DNA of 63,606 nucleotides, filler included, from Octopus bimaculoides (taxonomy: Eukaryota), in assembly GCF_001194135.2 (NCBI RefSeq). It is 4 parts of 3 records of this genome, joined end to end, with 100 filler letters (N's around TTAATTAATTAA, not from the genome) between each part and the next. Parts side by side here need not be neighbours in the genome. Positions count along the whole stretch, not along the records: positions 45,175 to 62,418 come from NC_068990.1; positions 62,519 to 63,606 come from NW_026368887.1; 2 more parts are not named here. One strand, given 5' to 3'. Positions 54,540 through 63,606 of this stretch are shown here, one piece after another. Within the stretch, counting starts at the first letter, position 1. Each line of letters begins with the position of its first letter. Made by a program: the position numbers and the translations under genes. The notes beneath the pieces were generated by a model. The model was given only the letters and a program-made list of their open reading frames with translations, did not search any database and was not told the origin of the DNA.

Positions 54540-55083
54540 GCCAGGTTCTGAGATCAAAACAACTATCTTGTAACTGTCAATGTGATGTCCTAACCACTAG
54601 GCTACATGCTTTCACAACCATCAATGACACTGACAAAAGGCTAAGTCATTATCTATAAAGCACAACCAACAATCACTTGAAAGTATTGTTTGTGGCCTAG
54701 TGGTTAGGATATTTGGTCTATGGTCATATGGTTGTGGGTTCAATTCTTCAACTAGGCAACACATTTTACATTACTCCCATTTATTTAATCAGCTGAATAT
54801 GGCTTGTTTTAGAATGCCTATGTAGTCACAAGTAGACACACACACAAAAACTCCTTGACACCTCTATCTTTGACCCTGTGAAAGATGCAGGATGTGACAA
54901 CTAGAGGGTTGAGAGAGCTGCACCAGTACCCTGGTTGGTACTCATTTACAACTGAATAAATTGGAATAATATGAAATGAAGCACCTTGCAGAAGGACATA
55001 ATGTGTTGCCTGGTCTAAGAACTGAACCCTCAACTTTATGACCATAGGCTGAATACCCTAACCACTAGGCCACAGGCCTGCAC
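54540..55083. mobile_element. Three old tRNA-derived SINE heads/copies (54540-54610 -, 54685-54770 +, 54855-55083 -)
   Basis: GTGGCCTAGTGGTTAGG or its reverse CCTAACCACTAGGC occurs three times. The B-box-like GGGTTCAATTC and AAATGAAGCACCTTGC..AGGACA core are present. Confidence 0.65.
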
Positions 55084-55820
55084 AAACAACTATCTCCTCA
55101 GTACTTAACCATCTTACCTCTAAATAAAGAGAAAAAGAGGTTCCACAATAATCGCAACAACAACAACAAACAAAGATTAAGCCCCTGATTTAACATGGCA
55201 TGACAAGATGCAACAGACAGGCTGATGGTGTTTATATGTTTTCTATTAACCATTTGTTTCTTTAGATTCTAAATAGTGGAGCCAGCTGTGGAGTTTTTGT
55301 TGGAAGAAAAAAAGGTTAATTAAAAACAAAAGAAATAGAAAATGACAGTAACAGAAGGGACAAAAGAACAGCAGCAACAACAATAATGAGAAGAGAAAAA
55401 TAAAAGCCTTTATGGGCTTTGACATCTCCACACTGAACAGAAGGTGAGCATTAATTAAGGTAACACTATCTATTTAATCCCTTACTTTTTAGTTGTTTAT
55501 GTATTTTTGCCTTGTCCCATGCTTGTCCTTTTCTAGCCTTACTTGTCTATTTCTCTTTCTCTCTCTGTCTTCCACTGTTTCTCTCTCTCCCTTTCCCTTT
55601 TCTTGTCTTTCTCTTTCCTTTTCTCTCTTTTTTCTGTTTCTCTTACCAAACCTTCACTTTGTCTATTTATGTTTATACGTATATGTGTATGTGTGTGTAT
55701 ACATGTGAGACTATTTATCTACCCATCCATCCGTCCGTTTGTCCACCTGTCCATCCATCCATCCATCCATCCATCCATCCATCCATCCATCCATCCATCC
55801 ATCCATCCATCCATCCATCC

Positions 55821-55853
<33 letters not shown>

Positions 55854-56508
55854 ATTGTCTCCTGATATATAATTATGTGTGTGTGATAACTTGGATTACA
55901 AAATTCTGACAAAGGTTTGGTGCAGCCTTTAGGTCTGTACCTATAATCCAAATTACTACATGCATGCTTACATACAGCAGACACCGCACCCATTTATAAG
56001 CATCTATTGTTTCTAAGCATTGTACATTGAGGATTGTTAACATTCTTTTTTTTGTTAAACAAAACAAAAACACAACAAATAATATATATCATCATCATTT
56101 TAATGTCCAGATCAAACTTTTTTGAGGCAGACTTTTCTAAAGCTAAATGCTTTTCTTACTACCCATTTGAAAGTAACCTTCTGTCTAGCAGTTGTTGATC
56201 TACAGATAATCTTTGACAGAATACCATGAGCTATATTCTGGTGGTTGCCAAAAAAAAAAAAACAAAAAAAAAAAACTAGGAGACAAGGAATGGCTGTTGA
56301 GCAGTACAAGCTAAGTACAGAGATGCAACCAGCAAAGTGAGAGTTGGCAATAAGTTCATTGAGGAATTTAGAGCAAGCTTGATTCTCAGTCCCATCCTGT
56401 TTATTATAGTTTTTCAGGCTATAACAACGGAGTGGGAACTTTGATTTTTGATGATAGTAGAGATCTTTTAGTTGAGATGATAAAAGATTTTATAAAATTT
56501 CTGCTATA

Positions 56509-57332
56509 CAGTGTGTTTGGGCTAAATTTACTGTTTGCATAAAAAGAAAAGAAAACACAGAATCCCTTCTAAAAATAAAAGTATTTTTAAAAAATCAAAA
56601 GCTGTCAAATAGATTATGGGTGGGAGATAACATTTTACTCAAAGTAGCCACCCTCAGCTTCCACCGCAGCCTCAAGATGGTACTGAAACCTGGTGCATGC
56701 ATTTTGCACTGTCTCCCTTGGGAAGATCTTTGAACATCTTGATCTTGGCCATCAGCTCAGCCTTGGTGTTGCAGGCAGAACATTTTGTGTCTTTCTCAAC
56801 TGTGCCTCACACATAGAAATCTATGGGATTACAACTGGAGAAATCAGGAGGCCAAAAAATGGGGATAGTGAAGCTGTAGAGAATCTCCAACATCCACTTC
56901 TGACTCTTTTTGGAAGTATGGCTAGGAAATGAATCCAGGGATTGATCACAGTATCCAGCAACTTCACATAGCCATCTGAACTGAGTCTAAAGCTTTGTTT
57001 GAAGAAGTGGAGAGGCATATGTCCCTTCCAGCTGGCTGTGGTTTTACAGCCTCCATTGCAGCTGTTCATGTCATGTCTTACAGCCTCTATAGTGTTCACA
57101 GAGTATTGAGCAGTAGTCATAATGTCAGCATTTTGATACTCAGCATGTATCATCATGATACAGCTAATTTTTTTCCTATATTCATATGGCTTCCAGTCCT
57201 CCATGTTTGCTTTTTCTCATCTACAACTTTAATCTTAATGCTTTCCAATACCATTGACTGTTGTTCACCAATACATCAAGCTGTACCTGAAAGAAAAAGA
57301 CATAAATTGTTAGATTTATCCTGAACACCCTG
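56509..57332 (-). mobile_element. maT-like (D,D37D-type) Tc1/mariner element with degenerate TIRs and TA TSD, internally deleted
   Basis: TA|CAGTGTGTTTGGGCTAAATT (56507) and ATTTATCCTGAACACCCTG|TA (57334). Minus-strand FWPP...CNPIDFYV.GTVEKDT...NTKAELMAKIK. Confidence 0.85.
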
Positions 57333-57695
57333 TAGAAACAAAACTTAAATTCCAAAGATCCCAGGCTAAAGTTTTAAAAAAACAGAAAGAAGATAAGACT
57401 CTGATACCACAGGAAAATAGCTATGTTCAGTGTCCTCAAAAGGAATAGGTTCAAAATTCTATTCAATGTAGCCAATGTGCTCTATGGACATACATGTAAT
57501 AAACTAAAAAATCAACTTGTAGTTAACAGTTAAAGGACTTTATATCCTGCAAAGATGATTTGTAAAAGCATACAGTATCATTAGTACTAGTATCACTTCT
57601 TCATTCTGAAGATGAGATTAACCCAAGAAGCTGTCAAAAACATTAAGTGCATTTAGGAAATTTATTCTTCCAAATAAAACACAAAGGACTTACAA

Positions 57696-57698
<3 letters not shown>

Positions 57699-57759
<61 letters not shown>

Positions 57760-58030
57760 TGTGTTTGTGTGTGTTGTGTGTATGTGTGTGTGTGTGTGTG
57801 TGTTGTGTGTGTGTGTTGTGTTTGTGTGTATGTTGTGTGTGGATGGGTATGTGTAAAGATATAGTTAGATATACAGACAGAATAATGGACAAATGGGCAG
57901 AAAGACGGACGGACGGATGGATGGATGGATGGATGGATGGATGGATGGATGGATGGACGGATGGATGGACGGACGGACAGACGGACGGACAGACAGACGG
58001 ACAGACAGACAGACGGAGGGACGGGCAGAT
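57699..58030. repeat. Compound (TG)n, (GGAT)n and (GACA)n microsatellites
   Basis: Direct reading. Confidence 0.95.
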
Positions 58031-58377
58031 AGATGAACAGGCCTTAAATAGCTCATATGTTATATTCAAGAAGGCAAAAACTCAAAAGTAGATTCAATAC
58101 AAGGAAGTGTAGGATGAATAAAGGTTTAGAATATAAAGAGTCAGAAGAAATACCATGAGCAATTTTGTCTGTTTTAAGAATTATGCTTGTACACCATCAT
58201 CATGCATGTATAATAAAATGATGATTATAGAATTAAATACAAAAAAGATTCACAAAATGTATTTGCATATAATTAACCTATTTATCCCATTTCTTGTGAA
58301 ATCCTTTGTGACCTCTTGCAGAACCCTAGTTGGTAAATGCTGCTTTAGATTATCTTATAGATAACACCCACTTCCAA

Positions 58378-58585
58378 TTTTACTCAATGCCAACAATTTT
58401 GAGAGGAAGGGTAAGTTGATAACATTAACACCAGGACTCCACTGGTACTTATTTTATCAACCCCCAAAGGATGAAAGGCAAAGTTGGCCTTGGCAGTATT
58501 TGAACTCAGAATGTAAAGAGCTGAAAGAAATGCCACTAAGCATTTTGTCCAACATGCTAACAATTCTGCCAGTTTGTCACCTTAT
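58378..58585 (-). mobile_element. Family-A SINE (CpG fully decayed)
   Basis: AAAGTTGGCCTTGGCAGTATTTGAACTCAGAATGTAAAG versus the young copy AAAGTCGACCTCGGCGGAATTTGAACTCAGAGCATAAAG (16407). Confidence 0.9.
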
Positions 58586-58647
58586 TTAATAGAATAATAA
58601 TGATAAAATTTTCTTACTAGGACAGAAGATTAATATTTAGTAAGGCA

Positions 58648-58852
58648 AAGCAGCAAGATGGAAGAATCATTGGCACACCAAGCAAAATGTTTAGCAGCAT
58701 TTCATCCGTCTTTACATTTTGAGTTCAAATTCTGACTTTGCTTTTCATCCTTTTGGTGGTCGACAAAATAAGTACCAGTTGAACACTGGAATTGAAGTAA
58801 TCAACTGGCCCTCTTCCACAAACTTGCTGACCTTGCGCCAACATTTAAAACC
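58648..58852 (+). mobile_element. Family-A SINE
   Basis: GCAAGATGGAAGAATCATTGGCACACC...GAGTTCAAATTCTGACTTTGCTTTTCATCC...AAATAAGTACCAGTT. Confidence 0.9.
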
Positions 58853-58934
58853 AGTATTTGATAAGGCATATACATAATTGATTGAAATGGACTTGAGTAT
58901 ATTACCAGTGCTTATTTTATAAGTCATAAAGAGA

Positions 58935-59140
58935 TGTTGTTGTTTAGCTCTTAGTCAGCTCTAGTCAATCAGACATCTCATTAAAGTGTTCCAGCCATGA
59001 TCATCCAATTTTATACTTGAACAATATTCATTAGACTTCATCATTGAGTGTTTCCCATTTTCAAAGAGGTAGGTAAGATGTGGGTTTAATAAAATTTGAT
59101 TGCTATTTCTAGGGAGTCATGAGACCACATAGGAGCTCAA
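58935..59140 (-). repeat. Family D short repeat
   Basis: GTTGTTGTTTAGCTC..GTCAGCTCT...TTCCAGCCATGATCATCC...TGCTATTTCTAG..GACCACATAGGAGCTC. Confidence 0.75.
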
Positions 59141-59244
59141 GAACAAAGAATGTACAAGCAAGAGGAATAGAAGTAAATATTATCAGGGTTTTTTTTGAGT
59201 GATGCTTTACTATTCTTACTAACTCAGCAACCTTAGCAACAAGC

Positions 59245-59450
59245 TGACAGTTGCTCAATTTACTAGCAATAGCAGCCAAATTCCCCTCAAATGAGTACTC
59301 CACTATATTAAAAATAGAAGGATTTATTGGATAGTGTTTAGAAGCTAATATATCAGATGTCAAAGTGGTCATGGCTGAAATGTTTTTGATATAGATCTGC
59401 TTGATCAGAGCTGACCTTGGGCTTAACAACAACAACACACTAATGGCCAC
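59245..59450 (+). repeat. Family D short repeat (inverted relative to 58935-59140)
   Basis: CTAGCAATAGCAGCCAAATTCCCCTCAAAT...GGTCATGGCTGAAATG...TGATCAGAGCTGACCTTGGGCTTAACAACAACAAC. Confidence 0.8.
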
Positions 59451-59621
59451 ACATTTTAATGAAAGAGAGTATTGTTGACTATATTTAGTATTTGATTGGT
59501 ACTTTATGTTATTAACCCTAAGAGGATGAAATGCAAAACTTTCCTCAGTATGATTTGATTTCAAAGAATAAATTTTGCCAAATTGCTGTTTTTATTTTGC
59601 CAATACATTACCTTAATTTCT

Positions 59622-59755
59622 ACTATAGGTACAAGACCTGAAATTTTGGTAGTGGGAGGCTGGCTAATCAATTACATCTACCCCAGTGTTCAATTGGTAT
59701 TTATTTTATCAGCCCCAAAAGGATACTAACATTTCTAACAGCTCACCACCTTATC
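59622..59755 (-). mobile_element. Family-A SINE, internally deleted
   Basis: CTACCCCAGTGTTCAATTGGTATTTATTTTATCAGCCCCAAAAGGAT joined to ACTAACATTTCTAACAGCTCACCACC. Confidence 0.75.
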
Positions 59756-59879
59756 ATTATACGTAATAATGGCTCATAACTAAATACTGCAGAGTGTTTC
59801 GTCCTACATTAACCAATTCTGCCAATTCACTATGAAATGAGATGTTCTTGTCATTATTATTTAGGATTAAATTTGCTTT

Positions 59880-60062
59880 GATTAAGCAGATTTATCATCA
59901 CAAGGCCTTGATCACCCCTCTTTTTTTTTTTTTTTCAAACACTGTATCAAAATTACATTAACCAATGTACTTTTTTTAGGTTAGTAAGATGTAATTTAAG
60001 GGAGATTTGGTTGCTATTTCTAGTATGTCGAACGACCATGTGGAAGCTCCTTCCATTGGCTC
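59880..60062 (-). repeat. Family D short repeat
   Basis: GATGTAATTTAAGGGAGATTTGGTTGCTATTTCTAGTATGTCGAACGACCATGTGGAAGCTCC. Confidence 0.75.
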
Positions 60063-60414
60063 ACAAATAAGTAATAATGTGATATGATGTGTCTCATTTT
60101 GGTGTCAATTGGCAATTACCTTGCACCAACCTTTCTTATAGCTTGACCACTACTCTTGAAATTACAAGGGGATGTTTTTGAGTTGCTTAGTGGTTTATTG
60201 AAGTCAAGGCACTTTGACTACGGTGGCTCAGAAATGGTTCTCAGACAAATGTTCTGGAATCATTACTGAACAAGTATGAAAATATCTAACTCTTCCTCAT
60301 TTGTTAATGCTGACAACAATTAAACTCAATTTAAGCATCCCTGAATGAATAATAATTATCATGGGAAAACATTAATTACCATAAAATCTATGTGAAGAAT
60401 ATATGTTTTTCTTT

Positions 60415-60740
60415 TTTCACTTGCTTAAGTCATAGGAGTGTAGCCATACTGGAGCACTGTCTAGAAGACTTTTCAGTTGACTAAATCAACCCGAGTACCT
60501 GTTTTTTTTTTTGTTTTTTGTTTTTGCTAAGTTCAGTACTTATTTTATCAATCTGCTAATTTACAGAGACTATAACTACAGACATAGCTGAGTGGTAAGA
60601 AGCTTGCTTCCCAAGTACATGGTTCCAGATTCAGTCTCACTATGTAGCATCTTGGGCAAGTGTCTTCTATTATAGCCTCAGGCTGACCAAAGCCTTCTAA
60701 GTGTATTTGGTTGACAGAAACTAAAAGAAGCTTGTCGTGT
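60415..60740. mobile_element. Two SINE family B pieces (tail on - at 60415-60545, head on + at 60588-60740)
   Basis: TTGCTTAAGTCAT..ATACTGGAGCACTG...AGTACTTATT, then GCTGAGTGGTAAGAAGCTTGCTTCCCAA..ATGGTTCCAGATTCAGTC. Confidence 0.85.
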
Positions 60741-61550
60741 GTGTGTGTGTGTATGTGTATGTGCATGCATGTGTGTGTGTGTGCGTGCGTGCACGTGTGT
60801 GTGTGTGTGTGTGTGCATGCGTGTGTGTGTGTGTGAGAGAGAAAGTGATAGAGAGAGTGTGTGTGTGTGTATCTCTGTGGCTGGTTTGTCTCCCATCAAC
60901 ACATCAAAGATTTCTCATCAAAGACAATATGAATGTTCAATAAACAAAACAAAGCATACAAACACACATTACGTACATTGAGTGTTCATGTGATCTCTGT
61001 CAATAATATTTGGTATTACCTGCGCATTCTGCCAAACACTTCAAAGACAAGTTAAAATATTACAAAGCCCAGAAATTCAACAGATGCCTGAAGTCCCTCA
61101 GTCTGGATCAAGAAAATGGCCAATGCCTATCTTAAAGGCCAGTACTGACGATTATATCTCTGAACATTGAAGAGCCCCCTGCAACTAATGAAAAATGCAT
61201 TGTAAAATTATACAAAGATTATCATTGTGATGATCTTTACCTACAGGAAACCCACTGAAGGCCATAAAAAGTCTTGTCCTCTTGTCGAAGGTATGATCAT
61301 CCTCATAGAAAGACCACACCAGAAATATGAAAGCATCATCCTTGTTAAAAGAATAGGACAAACATCATATCAACATCAAAAAGTGAGAAAAGTAGCATTG
61401 AAATCCTAACCACTTAGCACCAAGGAGTTACTTTATAAACTGCCTCCAACACACTTAGAAATGCTTGAAATGCCACTATCTGGCATTTTATGGACGGGAA
61501 ACCTAAGGTAATCCCATAAACCAGCCTTCCCCATGTTTTAAATATGTATG

Positions 61551-61599
<49 letters not shown>

Positions 61600-61620
61600 T
61601 ATTTAAAAGCAGCAGAAATA

Positions 61621-61675
61621 TAACAAAAACTGTTACTCAGAGTTTCACGTTCCTGTTCGTCGGAGAGTTTTGTTA
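61621..61675 (-). ncRNA. Candidate minimal type-I hammerhead ribozyme in a Penelope-type terminal repeat
   Basis: Minus-strand RNA UAACAAAACUCU-CCGACGA-ACAGGAACGU-GAAA-CUCUGAG-UA-ACAGUUUUUGUUA. Stem I has 11 Watson-Crick pairs, the core is CYGANGA/GAAA, the cleavage triplet is GUA and loop III is near-palindromic. The core has C instead of U at position 4. Confidence 0.6.
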
Positions 61676-62418
61676 AAATAGAACAGAAATAACGATATAA
61701 TCAAAACTAGTTAAAGGATACACCTTTAAAAATGGATTTGTTTCATTGGTCCTTTCAATTAATGGTCTTAAGCATGCAATGAACAAAATAAATGAATTCA
61801 ATATAAATTCATCCTATTGTAAAATCAAAGGAAACCTTAAATCAAAGAGTAGATTCAAAATACATATTGTAAATAATTATATATGAAATATAAGTCAATT
61901 AATACATTAAAATTAAAATTTAAATTTTCACGCTGCATTACATAAATATTTTACAACAGTATATATCCATACTAGACCATCTATAATATATATATGTACA
62001 TCAAAATACACAAATGTATGCACATAGTTACATACATATACAGGCATATATATATGTAAAACATAAATATACACACAAATACACATATACATATATGCAC
62101 GCAACCATCTCCTGGTGTATATATATATACAAGTCAGTTATAACAGACAAGAGAGATAGGAAGTATATCTTAAATGTAGGGAGGGGGAAAGAAAAAGAAA
62201 AGAAGAAGAACCCTAAACGAAAGAGGGAAGTAAGGGGGAGGGAGAAGAGGAACGCATTGTTTAAGGACGCTATCAAAGTAACGAATAGAGAGAGAAAGGA
62301 TACTTTGGGTAAGGAAAGAAAAAGGAAACAGAAATAGGTGACAAAATATGTGTAACAAACATACACGTAAAATAAAATTATATATATATATATATTTTTA
62401 TATATATATATATATATA

Positions 62419-62518
62419 NNNNNNNNNNNNNNNNNNNNNNNNNNNNNNNNNNNNNNNNNNNNTTAATTAATTAANNNNNNNNNNNNNNNNNNNNNNNNNN
62501 NNNNNNNNNNNNNNNNNN
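62419..62518. other. Artificial scaffold join: 44 N + TTAATTAATTAA + 44 N
   Basis: Same construct as at 28330 and 45075. Confidence 0.95.
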
Positions 62519-62580
62519 TCACAAGGCTTTGGTCGGAATGAGGCTATAGTAGAAGACACTTGCCCAAGGTGCCATGCAGT
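62519..62580 (-). mobile_element. SINE family B head fragment
   Basis: TCACAAGGCTTTGGTCGG...GGCTATAGTAGAAGACACTTGCCCAAGGTGCCATGCAGT. Confidence 0.8.
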
Positions 62581-63015
62581 AGATAGATAGAGAGAAAAAG
62601 TGAGAGAGAGGGAGGGTGAAGAGTAGAGATTGATGATTAAGCTGTATGATGGCCAATGTGATGATATTCTCTTGTGGCCCAAGAAAGATGGTTCTGCAAT
62701 TTCTTACTGAATGCCCCGCCCAAATGACTTGTTTATAGAAACCAAATATTTGTGCTGCACATTAGCACACTCTTTCCATCAAATATCAGATATCAAATGA
62801 CTTCAAACCAGACTGAAAATGTTTAGGCTTGGCTTATCTTTCTAGGCCATACTCAGTAGCAACAATTGACAATGCTACACGTGCGCACGTGCACACACAC
62901 ACACAATTTTAATTAATTAATGGTAGTCTCTCAAATTGAAGAAAGTCAGTTCTATAATTTCTTGATGAACAACTAGCACAAACAATTTGTTTATGACCAT
63001 CAAATATTTATACTG

Positions 63016-63048
63016 TACTAAGGCGGGCTGAAAAGTTCACATGCTGAC
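63016..63048 (+). mobile_element. Isolated mariner-type TIR
   Basis: TA-CTAAGGCGGGCTGAAAAGTTCACATGCTGAC resembles the reverse complement of the TIR at 12631-12660. Confidence 0.6.
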
Positions 63049-63242
63049 TGTTTCTGTTGTGCCTGTAATTCAAAGGGTCAGCCTTGTCACACTCTGTGTC
63101 ACGCTGAATATCCCCGAGAACTACGTTAAGGGCACACGTGTCTGTGGAGTGCTCAGCCACTTGCACGTTAATTTCACGAGCAGGCTGTTCCATTGATCGG
63201 ATCAACTGGAACCCTCGACGTCGTAAGCGACGAAGTGCCAAC
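63049..63242 (+). mobile_element. SINE family C, 3' half
   Basis: CACGTGTCTGTGGAGTGCTCAGCCACTTGCACGTTAATTTCACGAGCAGGCTGTTCC..GATCAACTGGAACCCTCG is near-identical to the reverse complement of 26750-26925. Confidence 0.9.
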
Positions 63243-63261
63243 ACACATTAAAAGTATTTAA

Positions 63262-63457
63262 CCCTTTAATATTTCAACCAGTCATACCCCACCCAAATAT
63301 TCCACCTGTTTTATACCTTGCCCTATAACACACCGTTATAAAATTAAACAATAACATCACTGAAATTTCAAAGCTATGAGATAATGCAGGATTAATTCAA
63401 AGTGACGCGAAAAAACAAGCATTACATTTGACAGAATAATCCGAAGAAGCTTAAGTG
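63262..63457. mobile_element. piggyBac-like MITE with TTAA target-site duplication
   Basis: TTAA|CCCTTTA at 63258-63268 and a degenerate right end TAAGTG|TTAA at 63452-63461. About 196 bp with no ORF. Confidence 0.65.
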
Positions 63458-63572
63458 TTAAATCATATTTTGTATTGAATATGTTTCAAGTAGAGATTGC
63501 CATAGACATGTTTAAGCCATATCTTATATGAAACACTTTACCTTTCAGGGCTTCAAGATCTCAATCATCATC

Positions 63573-63606
63573 ATCATCATCATCGTTTAACGTCCGCTTT
63601 CCATGC
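63573..63606 (-). mobile_element. RTE-type 3' terminus ((GAT)n tail) of an element extending beyond the window
   Basis: CATCATCATCATCGTTTAACGTCCGCTTTCCATGC is essentially the reverse complement of the 48370-48410 terminus. Confidence 0.8.

Noticed and set aside
59109-59564. 151-aa minus-strand ORF that looks protein-like
   Set aside because: Much of it (SAMTT...FEGNLAAIASKLSN) is the antisense reading of the family-D repeat at 59245-59450.

Overview
AT-rich eukaryotic DNA, very probably an octopus or other coleoid cephalopod draft assembly. That assignment is inferred from the repeat landscape: dense (CA)n/(TA)n/(TAA)n/(ATAG)n microsatellites, octopus-type tRNA-derived SINEs and many N-gaps. 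No host protein-coding gene could be identified with confidence, and most ORFs in the supplied track are artefacts of N-runs or microsatellites. Coding-like sequence is decayed transposon. It includes many R4/Dong-type non-LTR elements ending in (TAA)n, two large RTE LINEs, CR1/L2-type and Tx1-like fragments, Penelope-like elements, four Tc1/mariner-superfamily elements, a solo LTR nested in a SINE, a piggyBac-like MITE and several SINE families. Highlights: (1) a nearly intact minimal type-I hammerhead ribozyme fold at 61621-61675 (-), with a decayed second copy at about 40.85 kb; (2) an R4/Dong insertion with a twin-priming-like 5' inversion (27.7-28.3 kb); (3) a stack of Dong fragments separated by TAA/TAG/TGA arrays (42.4-45.1 kb); (4) a strongly CpG-depleted block (about 45-62 kb) suggesting a methylated gene body, bounded by artificial scaffold joins; (5) two long fold-back hairpins and inverted repeat pairs that could form dsRNA. 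Three 100-nt joins (44N-TTAATTAATTAA-44N) mean the window is at least four separately assembled pieces.
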